DNA of 64,000 bases from Parcubacteria group bacterium. GTDB lineage: Bacteria; Patescibacteriota; Minisyncoccia; Moranbacterales; JAKLHP01. The stretch lies in NCBI GenBank assembly GCA_041657845.1, contig JBBABD010000001.1, forward strand, positions 14,255 to 78,254. The letters are read 5' to 3'. Shown one piece after another: positions 19,979 to 29,395 of the stretch. The notes beneath the pieces are model-generated. The model saw nothing but the letters and a program-made list of their open reading frames with translations, had not been told where the DNA came from and searched no databases. Numbering within the stretch: position 1 is the stretch's first letter; every line of letters begins with the position of its first letter. A program made the translations under genes and the position numbers.

Positions 19979-21613
19979 ATGCCAAATCTCAAAGACTCGA
20001 TCAAAAAAAACAAAAAAACTATAATCATATTGGCTATTATACTTTTCGCAGGGATATTTTTGCGAACCTATAAATTTCACGATTGGCTGAGATTTAGCAA
20101 GGATCAATCCAGAGACGCGCGGATAATCAGTAATGCTGCTTTGCGAGGAGATCACCTCCCATATCTGGGACCGAACGCCGGAACGACAAAATTCCGATTG
20201 GGACCAATCTACTATTATTTTTCCTACGCTTCAGAAAAAATATTCGGAGTCTACCCTGACAAAATGGCCTACCCCAGTGTTTTCTTTTCAATTCTTTCTA
20301 TTCCTCTTCTGTATTTTTTCCTCAAGGAATTTTTCAACAGGAAAATATCCCTAGCAATGACGGCGCTAATGAGTGTTTCCTATTTTATGATAATAAATTC
20401 CCGCTTTTCTTCCAATCCAAACCTCATCACTTTTTTCGCCCTCCTCTATTTTTATGGATTACTTAAAATACTAAATGATCCAAAAGGAAAATACGCTCTT
20501 TTTTGGAGCGCGCTTGCCGGAATAGGAATAGGGGTTAGCATTCAACTTCATACTACTCTTTTAATAACAATGCCAATAATGACAATCTGTATTTTTGCTT
20601 ACCTGTTTTTTAAAGAAAAATCCATAAAATCTTCGGCCATTTGGAAAAGTTTGCTGGCTGTTATTTTATTTTCCTTAATCCTCAACACTAGCCAGATATA
20701 TTCTGAAATCGATTCGCACGGAAGCAACACGAAACTTTTCTTCAAAGGATTTGCTAAGAGTTCCGAAAAGGACAGCAACCTCGCAAAAAGTGTTTTTCTT
20801 ATCGCATCCTGCCAGATCCAAGCTAATACTCATATAATTTCTTCCTTTCAGGATGACATAAATTGCGAAAATGTTTTCAGATCACCCGACCCAAAAACGG
20901 AAAACCAAGTTTTATACTATTTCGGAATGGCTATAACTATTCTCTTTTCTCTGATTGGATATTTCCTTCTTTGGAAGCGTTTCAGAAGAGAAAAGGATGC
21001 AAAAAAGAAAAACTTTCTCGGATTAGTTATCCTGTTTAATTTTCTTTCATTTATAATATTGATTCCGATTGCCAACATCATATTCGTCGGATATTTCATC
21101 AATCTATTTTTTATTCCTCTTGTTCTTCTGGGTATTTTTATTGAAGAATCGCAAAATAAATTCGGAAAAATTGGAGTTAATATTGCAATATTGGCAGTTA
21201 CTCTTCTTATTGCTTCTTCTCTGGTGAGAGATGGATTTGCAGCTGATAGATACGCAAAGGGACTGGAAAATAATTCCAAAAACAGTACCCTAGGAGAAGT
21301 AGAACTGATGCGCGATTATATATTCTCTAGTTTGAACGGTTATAATCATTTTTATTTTTCCGGACACGGCAACGCTCTTACCAGTCGATTTTTCGCTCCC
21401 ATTGAATATTTTTCCAAAGAAGCCGGCATAAAAATAGAAGGAACCTCTCTGGATTCGTCCCGCGATGATAGAAAAATCGACAAGAACGCTCCGATATTTT
21501 ACATTGAAGAAAATAGCGTTGGAAACAACAAACTGGGACAAATAAGAGAAGGACACGTTATAATTTCCAGCCAAAAATTCTCCAGCCAGACTATTTTAAT
21601 TCTAAAACACTAA
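19979..21613 (+). CDS. GT-C (ArnT/PMT-like) membrane glycosyltransferase
   Basis: DQSRDA, LPYLGP, LGPIYYY, SRFSSNPN. Confidence 0.85.
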   Translation: MPNLKDSIKKNKKTIIILAIILFAGIFLRTYKFHDWLRFSKDQSRDARIISNAALRGDHLPYLGPNAGTTKFRLGPIYYYFSYASEKIFGVYPDKMAYPSVFFSILSIPLLYFFLKEFFNRKISLAMTALMSVSYFMIINSRFSSNPNLITFFALLYFYGLLKILNDPKGKYALFWSALAGIGIGVSIQLHTTLLITMPIMTICIFAYLFFKEKSIKSSAIWKSLLAVILFSLILNTSQIYSEIDSHGSNTKLFFKGFAKSSEKDSNLAKSVFLIASCQIQANTHIISSFQDDINCENVFRSPDPKTENQVLYYFGMAITILFSLIGYFLLWKRFRREKDAKKKNFLGLVILFNFLSFIILIPIANIIFVGYFINLFFIPLVLLGIFIEESQNKFGKIGVNIAILAVTLLIASSLVRDGFAADRYAKGLENNSKNSTLGEVELMRDYIFSSLNGYNHFYFSGHGNALTSRFFAPIEYFSKEAGIKIEGTSLDSSRDDRKIDKNAPIFYIEENSVGNNKLGQIREGHVIISSQKFSSQTILILKH

Positions 21614-21622
21614 AAAATCCTT

Positions 21623-22402
21623 ATGATTAAAAATATATTTGAAAAAATTATTACTTTTTTCGGGAAAAATAAAAAAACAATTATCCTTGTCATTTTGCTA
21701 ATAGTTGCCGGAGGATTATATTATGAATTTATTTATCTCGCCAAGCCGAATATTGAAAACAAAAAATCAATAGAAGCCGCCCTTGTCGCCGATATTCACG
21801 TTGGTCCAGAAAAAAAGGGGCATAGTGAAAATGCCATTGTCCACCCCAAAGAATACAAAAATAATTTGAAACCGCTTATTGATTCAAAACCAGATTTGAT
21901 TATTACCTTGGGAGACAATGTAAATGACAATAAAAAATGCCACCCGTACGCCGATGATTTAAAAAAATATCTTTCTAAATTCAATGTACTTTGGGGCAAG
22001 GGAAATCATGACAAAGATTGTTTTCCTGTTTTTAGCGAACAAGCCTATTATTATCATGATTATAGCAATGCTGGATGGAGAATTGTTATGCTGGATCACG
22101 ACATTGATATTGACCCTGATGAACTCAATTGGCTCCGCGAAACATTGAAAACCGACAAGAAAGTTTTAATTGTCACTCATGTTCCCTTTTTCTCTCCCAG
22201 CCGAGATGAAAACGCCCTGCTTCCGCAATATACTGATGCGGAAAAAGTCATTTCCGAAAGCGGAAATGTGAAATATGTTTTTATGGGACATTTGCACAGC
22301 CGCCTTTGGGACAAAGAATATAACGGTGTGCATTATTACATCATTCCTTCCGTCTCCGGAGACGAATATCCAAAGTATTTTATGAAACTAACCTTAAATT
22401 AA
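21623..22402 (+). CDS. Membrane-anchored calcineurin-like metallophosphoesterase
   Basis: DIH, LGD, GNHD, H, GHLH motifs after an N-terminal TM. Confidence 0.9.
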   Translation: MIKNIFEKIITFFGKNKKTIILVILLIVAGGLYYEFIYLAKPNIENKKSIEAALVADIHVGPEKKGHSENAIVHPKEYKNNLKPLIDSKPDLIITLGDNVNDNKKCHPYADDLKKYLSKFNVLWGKGNHDKDCFPVFSEQAYYYHDYSNAGWRIVMLDHDIDIDPDELNWLRETLKTDKKVLIVTHVPFFSPSRDENALLPQYTDAEKVISESGNVKYVFMGHLHSRLWDKEYNGVHYYIIPSVSGDEYPKYFMKLTLN

Positions 22403-22407
22403 AAACA

Positions 22408-24075
22408 ATGGAATATTTGAAAAAAATTATTAAAAACGAATACGCAATCTTAGCCATTGTAATACTTGTCGCCATATTTTTAAGATCGTATCAGCACAAA
22501 AATTTTCTTGGTTTTCATCTGGATCAGTCAAGAGACGCCATAATCGTCGGCGATTTTATAGATGATTTTTCAAAGATTCCTCTTCTCGGACCCCACACCA
22601 GCGGCAGTAATCTGCAATTGGGACCGGCTTATTATTATCTTCAAGCCATTCCCGTCTTTTTTTTGGGAAAAAGCCCGGAAAATTTTGCTCTAGCTGACTG
22701 GTTTTTTTCTATTCTCTTTGTTTGGCTCTTGTATTTTTTCCTTCGCCTGTATTTTTCCAAAAATATTTCCCTGTTACTTTCGGCTATGGCCGCCGTTTCG
22801 CTTTTCTTGGTGATTTACGGACGCTTTGCTTGGAATCCCAATTCGCTTCCTTTTCTCACGCTACTGGCGCTTTTCGGACTCCTCAAAGCCGACTGGAAAA
22901 ATACTGTCCGCCCTGAATGGTTTTATCTGGGCATATTCGGAGCTGCTGTCGCCACTCAGCTCCATTATGTCTATTTTTTCATGGCGCCTATTATCTTCAT
23001 TGCTTATATCGCCGTCTGGAAGCCGCGTTTGAAAATAAAGCATTATTTAGCAGGGATTCTTATCATCTTAGCAGTCTATTTCCCTATGGTTATCAGCGAA
23101 ATAAAAACCGGCGGCGCGAATACCCAGTTATTAATAAAAAATACTTTCGAAAGAGGCCTCGAGGGCGGAGACAACAAACACAACGTGATCGACAAAGCCT
23201 TCTATGCTTACCAAAAATTGCAGATGACCAACTGGCAAATAATCACGTCCGACGAACACGGAAGTTCTATGCAGCTTTCCAAAAAATTTATCCCTGTCTG
23301 CAAGAAGGAATGCCGGAATGATTTTCCCTTTTTCATTCTTCAAACTTTTCTTTTTGTTTTCGGTCTTTGGGCCGGAATTTCTTCTTACCGCCGCGAACAG
23401 AATCGGGACCGGAAAAAATATATATTTTCGACCTGGCTATGGCTTGGATCAATGTTTATAATTTCCATTCCAATAATATACAATATGAGTCCGCATTATT
23501 ATTTGGCGGCTGCGGCTCCTTGCTTTGTGTTTTTAGGAATATCGCTTCAAAAAACAAGCAACTGGGGGAAATATGGAAAAATAATTATACTTTTCCTGTC
23601 TGCCGCCATCATTCTTTTTAATTTAAGAAACACTTTGATCTATTTGAGAGAACACGCAGCCAGCGCCAAAGGAGAAGTGGAAAATACCATTGGACGAGAG
23701 CTTTATAATGATAAGAAAATCACATTGGAACAATTAGAAGAAACAGTTAAATACATCAAAGAACACAGAAATCCAAATACAACCGTGAGAATTGCAGCTG
23801 ATAATTCTTACGCCCGAGCCGTATTTTATCTTCTGAAGCATCAAGAAAATATACCCGCCTGCTATACCAAAACCAGCGCTTTTCATCCATCAGGAAGTCT
23901 GGATTATTTTTTGGTTTACCGCTTGGGCGTTAATCAGGAAATGCCACAAGATCTGGAAGGGCAATTTTCTATTCGCAGCCAAGAAAAAATCGGCAATCTG
24001 CTGATAATAGATGCCGAGGCGAAAAATCCAGGAGGGAAGCCGGGAAAAGATGAGAAATGCTTTGACTATTTGTAA
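22408..24075 (+). CDS. GT-C (ArnT/PMT-like) membrane glycosyltransferase
   Basis: DQSRDA, IPLLGP, LGPAYYY, GRFAWNPN. Confidence 0.85.
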   Translation: MEYLKKIIKNEYAILAIVILVAIFLRSYQHKNFLGFHLDQSRDAIIVGDFIDDFSKIPLLGPHTSGSNLQLGPAYYYLQAIPVFFLGKSPENFALADWFFSILFVWLLYFFLRLYFSKNISLLLSAMAAVSLFLVIYGRFAWNPNSLPFLTLLALFGLLKADWKNTVRPEWFYLGIFGAAVATQLHYVYFFMAPIIFIAYIAVWKPRLKIKHYLAGILIILAVYFPMVISEIKTGGANTQLLIKNTFERGLEGGDNKHNVIDKAFYAYQKLQMTNWQIITSDEHGSSMQLSKKFIPVCKKECRNDFPFFILQTFLFVFGLWAGISSYRREQNRDRKKYIFSTWLWLGSMFIISIPIIYNMSPHYYLAAAAPCFVFLGISLQKTSNWGKYGKIIILFLSAAIILFNLRNTLIYLREHAASAKGEVENTIGRELYNDKKITLEQLEETVKYIKEHRNPNTTVRIAADNSYARAVFYLLKHQENIPACYTKTSAFHPSGSLDYFLVYRLGVNQEMPQDLEGQFSIRSQEKIGNLLIIDAEAKNPGGKPGKDEKCFDYL

Positions 24076-24092
24076 TCAAGTTTGCCTAAAGG

Positions 24093-24929
24093 CTATTCCT
24101 GCCAAAACCAGCGATAAGAAAGAAGATCGAATGTCCTATAGTTTCCTTCCATTCCTTCAAGAAGAAAAGCCGGCATTCCGACATATTCGATGCCGTTTTT
24201 TTCTTTTTGCCACGGAAGATGCAGATGCCCGGAAAAAACATATTTAACATTTTTCTTTTCAAATTCCTCAATCAGAGGCCTGTAAACAGGATGGATTCTT
24301 TCCGCATTATCCCAATCCCAAACCGGATGATGCATTGCCACAATTATATTTTTTTCGGTATCGGAAACCTCTCTGAACCAATCCAATTGCTTCTTGGTTA
24401 TTCCTTCTTTGTAAGGATCATTTTCTGATTTATCATTCGTATCCAGAACGATGATTCTCCAATTGTCGTAATCTTCGTAGAAATAGGTTCCATTTATTCC
24501 TAAATAATTTATAACATCTTCTTTGTCGTGATTTCCCCTGGCCCATAAAACCTCCATTCCGGATTGATCGATGATATCTTTCATCACTTGGGCATATTTA
24601 AGCGATGGGGTATTAAACTGATCGCCAAGCGAAACAAGAAGACTAACGCCTTCCAACTTCATTTCATTTAGCGCTTCGGGAAGAAATTCCACAAAATCAG
24701 CTGGATATATCACATTTCCGGGCGTATTTTGCTCCATTGATCTTCTGTCTTGGCTGCCGGCATGTATATCAGACACAAAAGAAACTCTAAAAACTTTTTT
24801 TTCGAGAATTTCAGGACAGTCTCCGTCCAAAAGCTTTCTAGAAAAAATAAATCCCAAAATAAAAAAAGTAAGAAAACAGAAAAAAAGCAAGACAAAAACA
24901 AATATTTTTATTTTCATTGATTTTTCCAT
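24093..24929 (-). CDS. Membrane-anchored calcineurin-like metallophosphoesterase
   Basis: SDIH, LGD, GNHD, HHP, SGHLH motifs; paralog of 21623. Confidence 0.9.
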   Translation of the reverse strand: MEKSMKIKIFVFVLLFFCFLTFFILGFIFSRKLLDGDCPEILEKKVFRVSFVSDIHAGSQDRRSMEQNTPGNVIYPADFVEFLPEALNEMKLEGVSLLVSLGDQFNTPSLKYAQVMKDIIDQSGMEVLWARGNHDKEDVINYLGINGTYFYEDYDNWRIIVLDTNDKSENDPYKEGITKKQLDWFREVSDTEKNIIVAMHHPVWDWDNAERIHPVYRPLIEEFEKKNVKYVFSGHLHLPWQKEKNGIEYVGMPAFLLEGMEGNYRTFDLLSYRWFWQE

Positions 24930-24953
24930 TTTAAAGCAATCAAAAAAACAAAC

Positions 24954-25901
24954 CTATTTTTTAATCCTGATCCATTTGCCGAAGTCGCGTTTCCCTTTTA
25001 GATAAATCGGAAAGGCTGTGATATTGGCCAATCCTTGAAGAAAACGATTAAGAATCGCTACCATAACTACCGCTGAAATATTAATCCCTAGCGGAACAAA
25101 AAAAGCCGCATAAGCCCATTCCTTGAGCCCTACTCCCGCCGGTATGGAGGAAACGATGCTTATGAGAAAAATGACCGAAAAATAATCCCAAATATTTATG
25201 TTGATCCCCAGACTCCAGAACAAAACCAGATTAGCTAGTCCTACTCCGATTAAATTAAAAAGAAAAGAATAGGCCAAAGATTCAAAGAAAATTTTCTTGT
25301 TTTTTCCAAAACTAGACAGCTCGCGCAAAAAATTTACCGCTTTATCAGGAAGATATCCGAGAATTTTCTTGGCAAAAGCGGTTTTTCTGGTTTTAAAAAA
25401 AATAGTCAGCCCGATCAGCAATCCCAAAATAATCAAATTAGCCACAGTGATAAAATAAATTCCTGAAGCTTTTTGAAAATTAAGAATAAAGAAAATCGGC
25501 GACATCAGCATAAGAGCCAAGAGTCCGGTAAAACGATCCGCTACCACTGTCGAAGAAGCCTCGGAATATTTTTTTTCTTTTTTCCCGATTTGATATGCCC
25601 GAAAGATATCCCCTCCAATTGTTGAAGGAACAAAATTATTAATAAACGCTCCAGTCAGGTATAACTTGAAAAAATTTAAGAAAGAATCTTTCAGGCCCTT
25701 GTGAAGACAAAGTTTTTGCCACTTTCTGGTAGAAATAAAAAGTCCCAGGAAAATAACTGCCAGATAGGCTATGACCTGCCAAATTTCAATTTTTCTGAGG
25801 TATTGCCATGATTCGCCCCAATCGACCTTAACAATAAGAAATCCAATAAAAACAGCACTTAGCAGAATTTTTAAAATAAGTTTTATGGTTTTATTTTTCA
25901 C
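24954..25901 (-). CDS. Lysylphosphatidylglycerol synthase TM / UPF0104 flippase-like protein
   Basis: NNFVPSTIGGDIFR, DR, PAGVGLKE motifs. Confidence 0.88.
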   Translation of the reverse strand: MKNKTIKLILKILLSAVFIGFLIVKVDWGESWQYLRKIEIWQVIAYLAVIFLGLFISTRKWQKLCLHKGLKDSFLNFFKLYLTGAFINNFVPSTIGGDIFRAYQIGKKEKKYSEASSTVVADRFTGLLALMLMSPIFFILNFQKASGIYFITVANLIILGLLIGLTIFFKTRKTAFAKKILGYLPDKAVNFLRELSSFGKNKKIFFESLAYSFLFNLIGVGLANLVLFWSLGININIWDYFSVIFLISIVSSIPAGVGLKEWAYAAFFVPLGINISAVVMVAILNRFLQGLANITAFPIYLKGKRDFGKWIRIKK

Positions 25902-25923
25902 AAGAATATAATCCGTTAATTCT

Positions 25924-27084
25924 TTAATTCGTTAATTCGTTAATTTCATAATAAATCTTCACATATTGAACTGCCACTTTTTCCCAGCTCATCGTTTCGG
26001 CTTTTTTCCGACTCTCATCCCCCATCTCAGCTCTTAGTTCTCTGTCTTTTGCTAAAGTTTCTAATTTTTCCGCAATATCCTGGCTGTCTTTCATTTTAAT
26101 GATAAACCCATTCACTCCCTCCTCCAGAAGTTTTCTGGCTCCCCCAGTATCAGTTGCCACAAGAGGAAGACCGGACGACAAAGCTTCAAGCATCGCATTG
26201 CTCATTCCTTCATTAAGAGACGGCAAAACGAAGATGCTAGCTTCCTGATAATACGGAAAGGTTTCTTCCCGCGGAATGCGGCCGGTAAACTCCACATTCT
26301 TTTTTATTCCCAATTCTTTGGCCAGTTTTTCCAAATTTTCTTTTTCATTTCCATCCCCCATTACTTTCAAATATATTTCAGGATATTTGGAAATTAAAGT
26401 CCTAATCGCTTCCAGCAAATAATTAATTCCTTTTCTAGCTGTCACTCTTGAAGCTCCAACGGTTATGATCAGCTTGCCATCGGGCCTTTTTTTCGGATCC
26501 GGAGTAAAATCTGAAATATTAATTCCATTGGGAATGACTCCGATTTCTTGTTTCAAATTAGTTTTTAATGCTAGCTCTTTTAAATCATTGCTGTTAGCAA
26601 TCACTCCTGAAGATTTTTTCCAGATAAGCCTTGTCAGGGGTTTGATGAATTTATATAAAAATATAAAACGATCGCTGTATCCCGGAACGTCGCTGCCGCG
26701 AAGAGAAATAATATACGGAATTTCATACTGCCATCTCAGAAGAAGCGAAATGAATCCGCAAGGAATTGTGAAAAACGAATGACTTAAATCATATTTATTC
26801 TTTCCGACAAGTTTTTTGGAAAAAAAATAAGCCTTCCAGAGATAAACCAACAGATCTTTTTGCGACTGATAATGCAGATTGTTTTGGTTTTTTCCAATCG
26901 GAAGCCGGTGAATGAAAATATTTTCTCCGATTTTATCAAGATGATAATTGGAATCTATGGAAGATGTGATCAAATCCACTTCCAAGCCGGAAATCTTGGA
27001 ATATTCTTCCAAAATATAGGCGGTGGCATTGGCCGCCCCGCCGCCCAGCGGCGGATATTCGTAATTGAAGAAAAGTATCTTCAT
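25924..27084 (-). CDS. GT4 glycosyltransferase
   Basis: EYPPLGGG, RGSDVPG, EGMSNAMLEA; start taken at MKILFF. Confidence 0.93.
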   Translation of the reverse strand: MKILFFNYEYPPLGGGAANATAYILEEYSKISGLEVDLITSSIDSNYHLDKIGENIFIHRLPIGKNQNNLHYQSQKDLLVYLWKAYFFSKKLVGKNKYDLSHSFFTIPCGFISLLLRWQYEIPYIISLRGSDVPGYSDRFIFLYKFIKPLTRLIWKKSSGVIANSNDLKELALKTNLKQEIGVIPNGINISDFTPDPKKRPDGKLIITVGASRVTARKGINYLLEAIRTLISKYPEIYLKVMGDGNEKENLEKLAKELGIKKNVEFTGRIPREETFPYYQEASIFVLPSLNEGMSNAMLEALSSGLPLVATDTGGARKLLEEGVNGFIIKMKDSQDIAEKLETLAKDRELRAEMGDESRKKAETMSWEKVAVQYVKIYYEINELTN

Positions 27085-27179
27085 ATAACATATAGCATAA
27101 AACATATAACAATATGCTATGTCTTTTGCTTTTTTAATTTATTGTCTTGTTACATGCTACATGTTTCATGTTACATGAA
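27080..27179 (-). repeat. Inverted heptamer array forming a stem of about 32 bp
   Basis: catataa-catatag-cataaaa-catataa opposite tgttaca-tgctaca-tgtttca-tgttaca. Confidence 0.8.
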
Positions 27180-27181
27180 TT

Positions 27182-28489
27182 TTAGTTCCTTCCCACTCCC
27201 ACATATTCAAACCCTTCTTTCCTAATCGTTTCGGGATCATAGACATTTCGAAGATCAACGAAAACCTTGCCTTTCATTATTTTTTTGAGTTTGTCAAAGT
27301 CAAGTGAACGATATTCATTCCATTCGGTCATCAAAATTAAGCAATCAGCATCTTTGAGCGCCTCGTATGGATCATCGACATAAATAAGTTCTGGCATATA
27401 TTTTTTGGCTTCTTCCATTCCGTGAGGATCAGTCGCCACAATTTCCGCTCCTTTTTCTTTTAGGGCTGGCAAAATAGTCAGTGCGGCTGAATCGCGCATA
27501 TCATCGGTTTCCGGCTTGAAAGTAAGTCCCAGACTGACAATTTTCTTTCCCGCTTCGCTCCCGCCCAAAGCTTTTCTGATTTTCCCTACCATTCTGGCTT
27601 TTTGCGCGGAATTTACTTCAATTACCGTTTCAACAATTCGAATCGGAGATCCGTGTTCCTGCGCAATCCGGCAAAGCGCCAACGTATCTTTAGGAAAACA
27701 GGAACCGCCATATCCCGGTCCGGCATGAAGAAATTTCTTTCCGATTCTTCCATCCAATCCCATACCCTTCGACAAGTCAACCACATTGGCTCCGATTGCT
27801 TCGCAGAGATTGGCAATTTCATTAACAAAACTGATTTTAGTCGCCAGAAAAGCATTAGATGCATATTTGATAAGTTCAGCTGTCTGAAGATTAGTGAAAA
27901 CGATCGGAGTTTCAATGAGATATAATGGTTTGTAAATTTCTCTCATCGCATCTTCAGCTTTTTTGCTGCTAACCCCAACCACTACCCTATCCGGATGCAT
28001 AAAATCTCCAATAGCTGATCCTTCGCGCAAAAATTCCGGATTGGAAGCCACGTCAAAATCAGCTTCCGGATTAGCTTCTTTGATTACCCTTTTCACTTCT
28101 TTGGCTGTTCCGACTGGTACAGTGCTTTTATCCACAATCACCGTGTAATCCTTGAGCCACGGAGCAAATTCTTTGGCTGCTTCATAAACATAAGTCAAAT
28201 CAGCATATCCATCGCCACGTCTGGAAGTTGGAGTTCCCACCGCAATAAAAATCGCATCCGCTTCTCCGATAGCTTTCTTGGCTTCGGTGGTGAAAGTTAA
28301 TCTTCCCGATCTCACATTTTCCGCCACCATTTGATCTAATCCCGGTTCATAAATTGGGATTATTCCTTTTTTGAGATTTTCAATTTTTTTCTCGTCCTTG
28401 TCCACGCACGTAACAAAATGTCCGAACTCCGAGAAGCAAGTTCCGGAAACAAGACCGACATAACCGGAACCAATTACTACAATCTTCAT
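27182..28489 (-). CDS. ugd: UDP-glucose 6-dehydrogenase
   Basis: GSGYVG, AVGTP, KSTVPVGT, SNPEFLREG, GYGGSCFPKD, FKPETDDMR. Confidence 0.96.
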   Translation of the reverse strand: MKIVVIGSGYVGLVSGTCFSEFGHFVTCVDKDEKKIENLKKGIIPIYEPGLDQMVAENVRSGRLTFTTEAKKAIGEADAIFIAVGTPTSRRGDGYADLTYVYEAAKEFAPWLKDYTVIVDKSTVPVGTAKEVKRVIKEANPEADFDVASNPEFLREGSAIGDFMHPDRVVVGVSSKKAEDAMREIYKPLYLIETPIVFTNLQTAELIKYASNAFLATKISFVNEIANLCEAIGANVVDLSKGMGLDGRIGKKFLHAGPGYGGSCFPKDTLALCRIAQEHGSPIRIVETVIEVNSAQKARMVGKIRKALGGSEAGKKIVSLGLTFKPETDDMRDSAALTILPALKEKGAEIVATDPHGMEEAKKYMPELIYVDDPYEALKDADCLILMTEWNEYRSLDFDKLKKIMKGKVFVDLRNVYDPETIRKEGFEYVGVGRN

Positions 28490-28614
28490 TTTATCAATTT
28501 ATGAAATATTCGGATAATGAAATAAAAATACTTACTTTATACCTAAATGTATCCTATGACATTTTCCCGATTTCATTATTAATGATTAATTTATTTTTTA
28601 TTAAAATTATTCAA

Positions 28615-29334
28615 TCAGCAAATAATCGAGCCTGCCTTTTCTCCCAGTATTATTTTTTTCAAAGTTCCTTTTTTGTAAATATTGAAAACAACTACGTGCA
28701 AACCATTGCTTCTGCACAATTCAATAGCCGATTTGTCCATTACTTTTATTTTATCATTTTTGAAAGCTTCTTCAAGCGTCAATCTATCAATTTTTTTAGC
28801 TTTAGGATTATTTATTGGATCATCATTATAAACTCCATCTACTTTTGTAGCCTTAAATATTGCTTGGCATCCTACTTCTAACGCTCTCATTGTTGCAGCT
28901 GTATCAGTTGTAATAAAGGGGAGGCCGGTTCCCCCTCCAAATATGACAATCCTTCCCTTCTCAAGATGTCTAATAGATTTTCTCCTAACATAACTTTCTG
29001 CAATTTGTTTCATCTCTATGGCAGACTGTAATCTTACCTGAAGTCCTCTTTGCTCTAAAATATCTTGAAGAGCCATTCCGTTAAAAATGGTGGCTAGCAT
29101 TCCCATGTAATCAGCCGTAGCTCTATCCAAACCATTTTTACTGCCTGCAACTCCCCTAAATATATTACCCCCGCCCACAACAATAGCTATTTCTATTCCT
29201 AGCTTATGCGCTTCAAAAATTTCTGAAGCAATATAATTCATAAAAATTGGATCAATCCCATATTCTCTTTCTCCTTTCATAGCCTCACCGGATAGTTTAA
29301 GCAATATTCTCTTGTAATTCATTTTTTTACTCAT
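28615..29334 (-). CDS. pyrH: UMP kinase
   Basis: LLKLSGEA, VGGGNIFRG, DYMGMLAT, TTDTAA, KVDGVY..DP, VMD. Confidence 0.95.
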   Translation of the reverse strand: MSKKMNYKRILLKLSGEAMKGEREYGIDPIFMNYIASEIFEAHKLGIEIAIVVGGGNIFRGVAGSKNGLDRATADYMGMLATIFNGMALQDILEQRGLQVRLQSAIEMKQIAESYVRRKSIRHLEKGRIVIFGGGTGLPFITTDTAATMRALEVGCQAIFKATKVDGVYNDDPINNPKAKKIDRLTLEEAFKNDKIKVMDKSAIELCRSNGLHVVVFNIYKKGTLKKIILGEKAGSIIC

Positions 29335-29395
29335 TTTTATTTATATAGAATTTACACTTTTTAGCAAAAACTGCAAAAGTTTATAAATCTATAAA

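Noticed and set aside
28501-28881. ORF 28501-28881 as a precursor peptide or separate gene
   Set aside because: Mostly antisense to pyrH, with no supporting motif.
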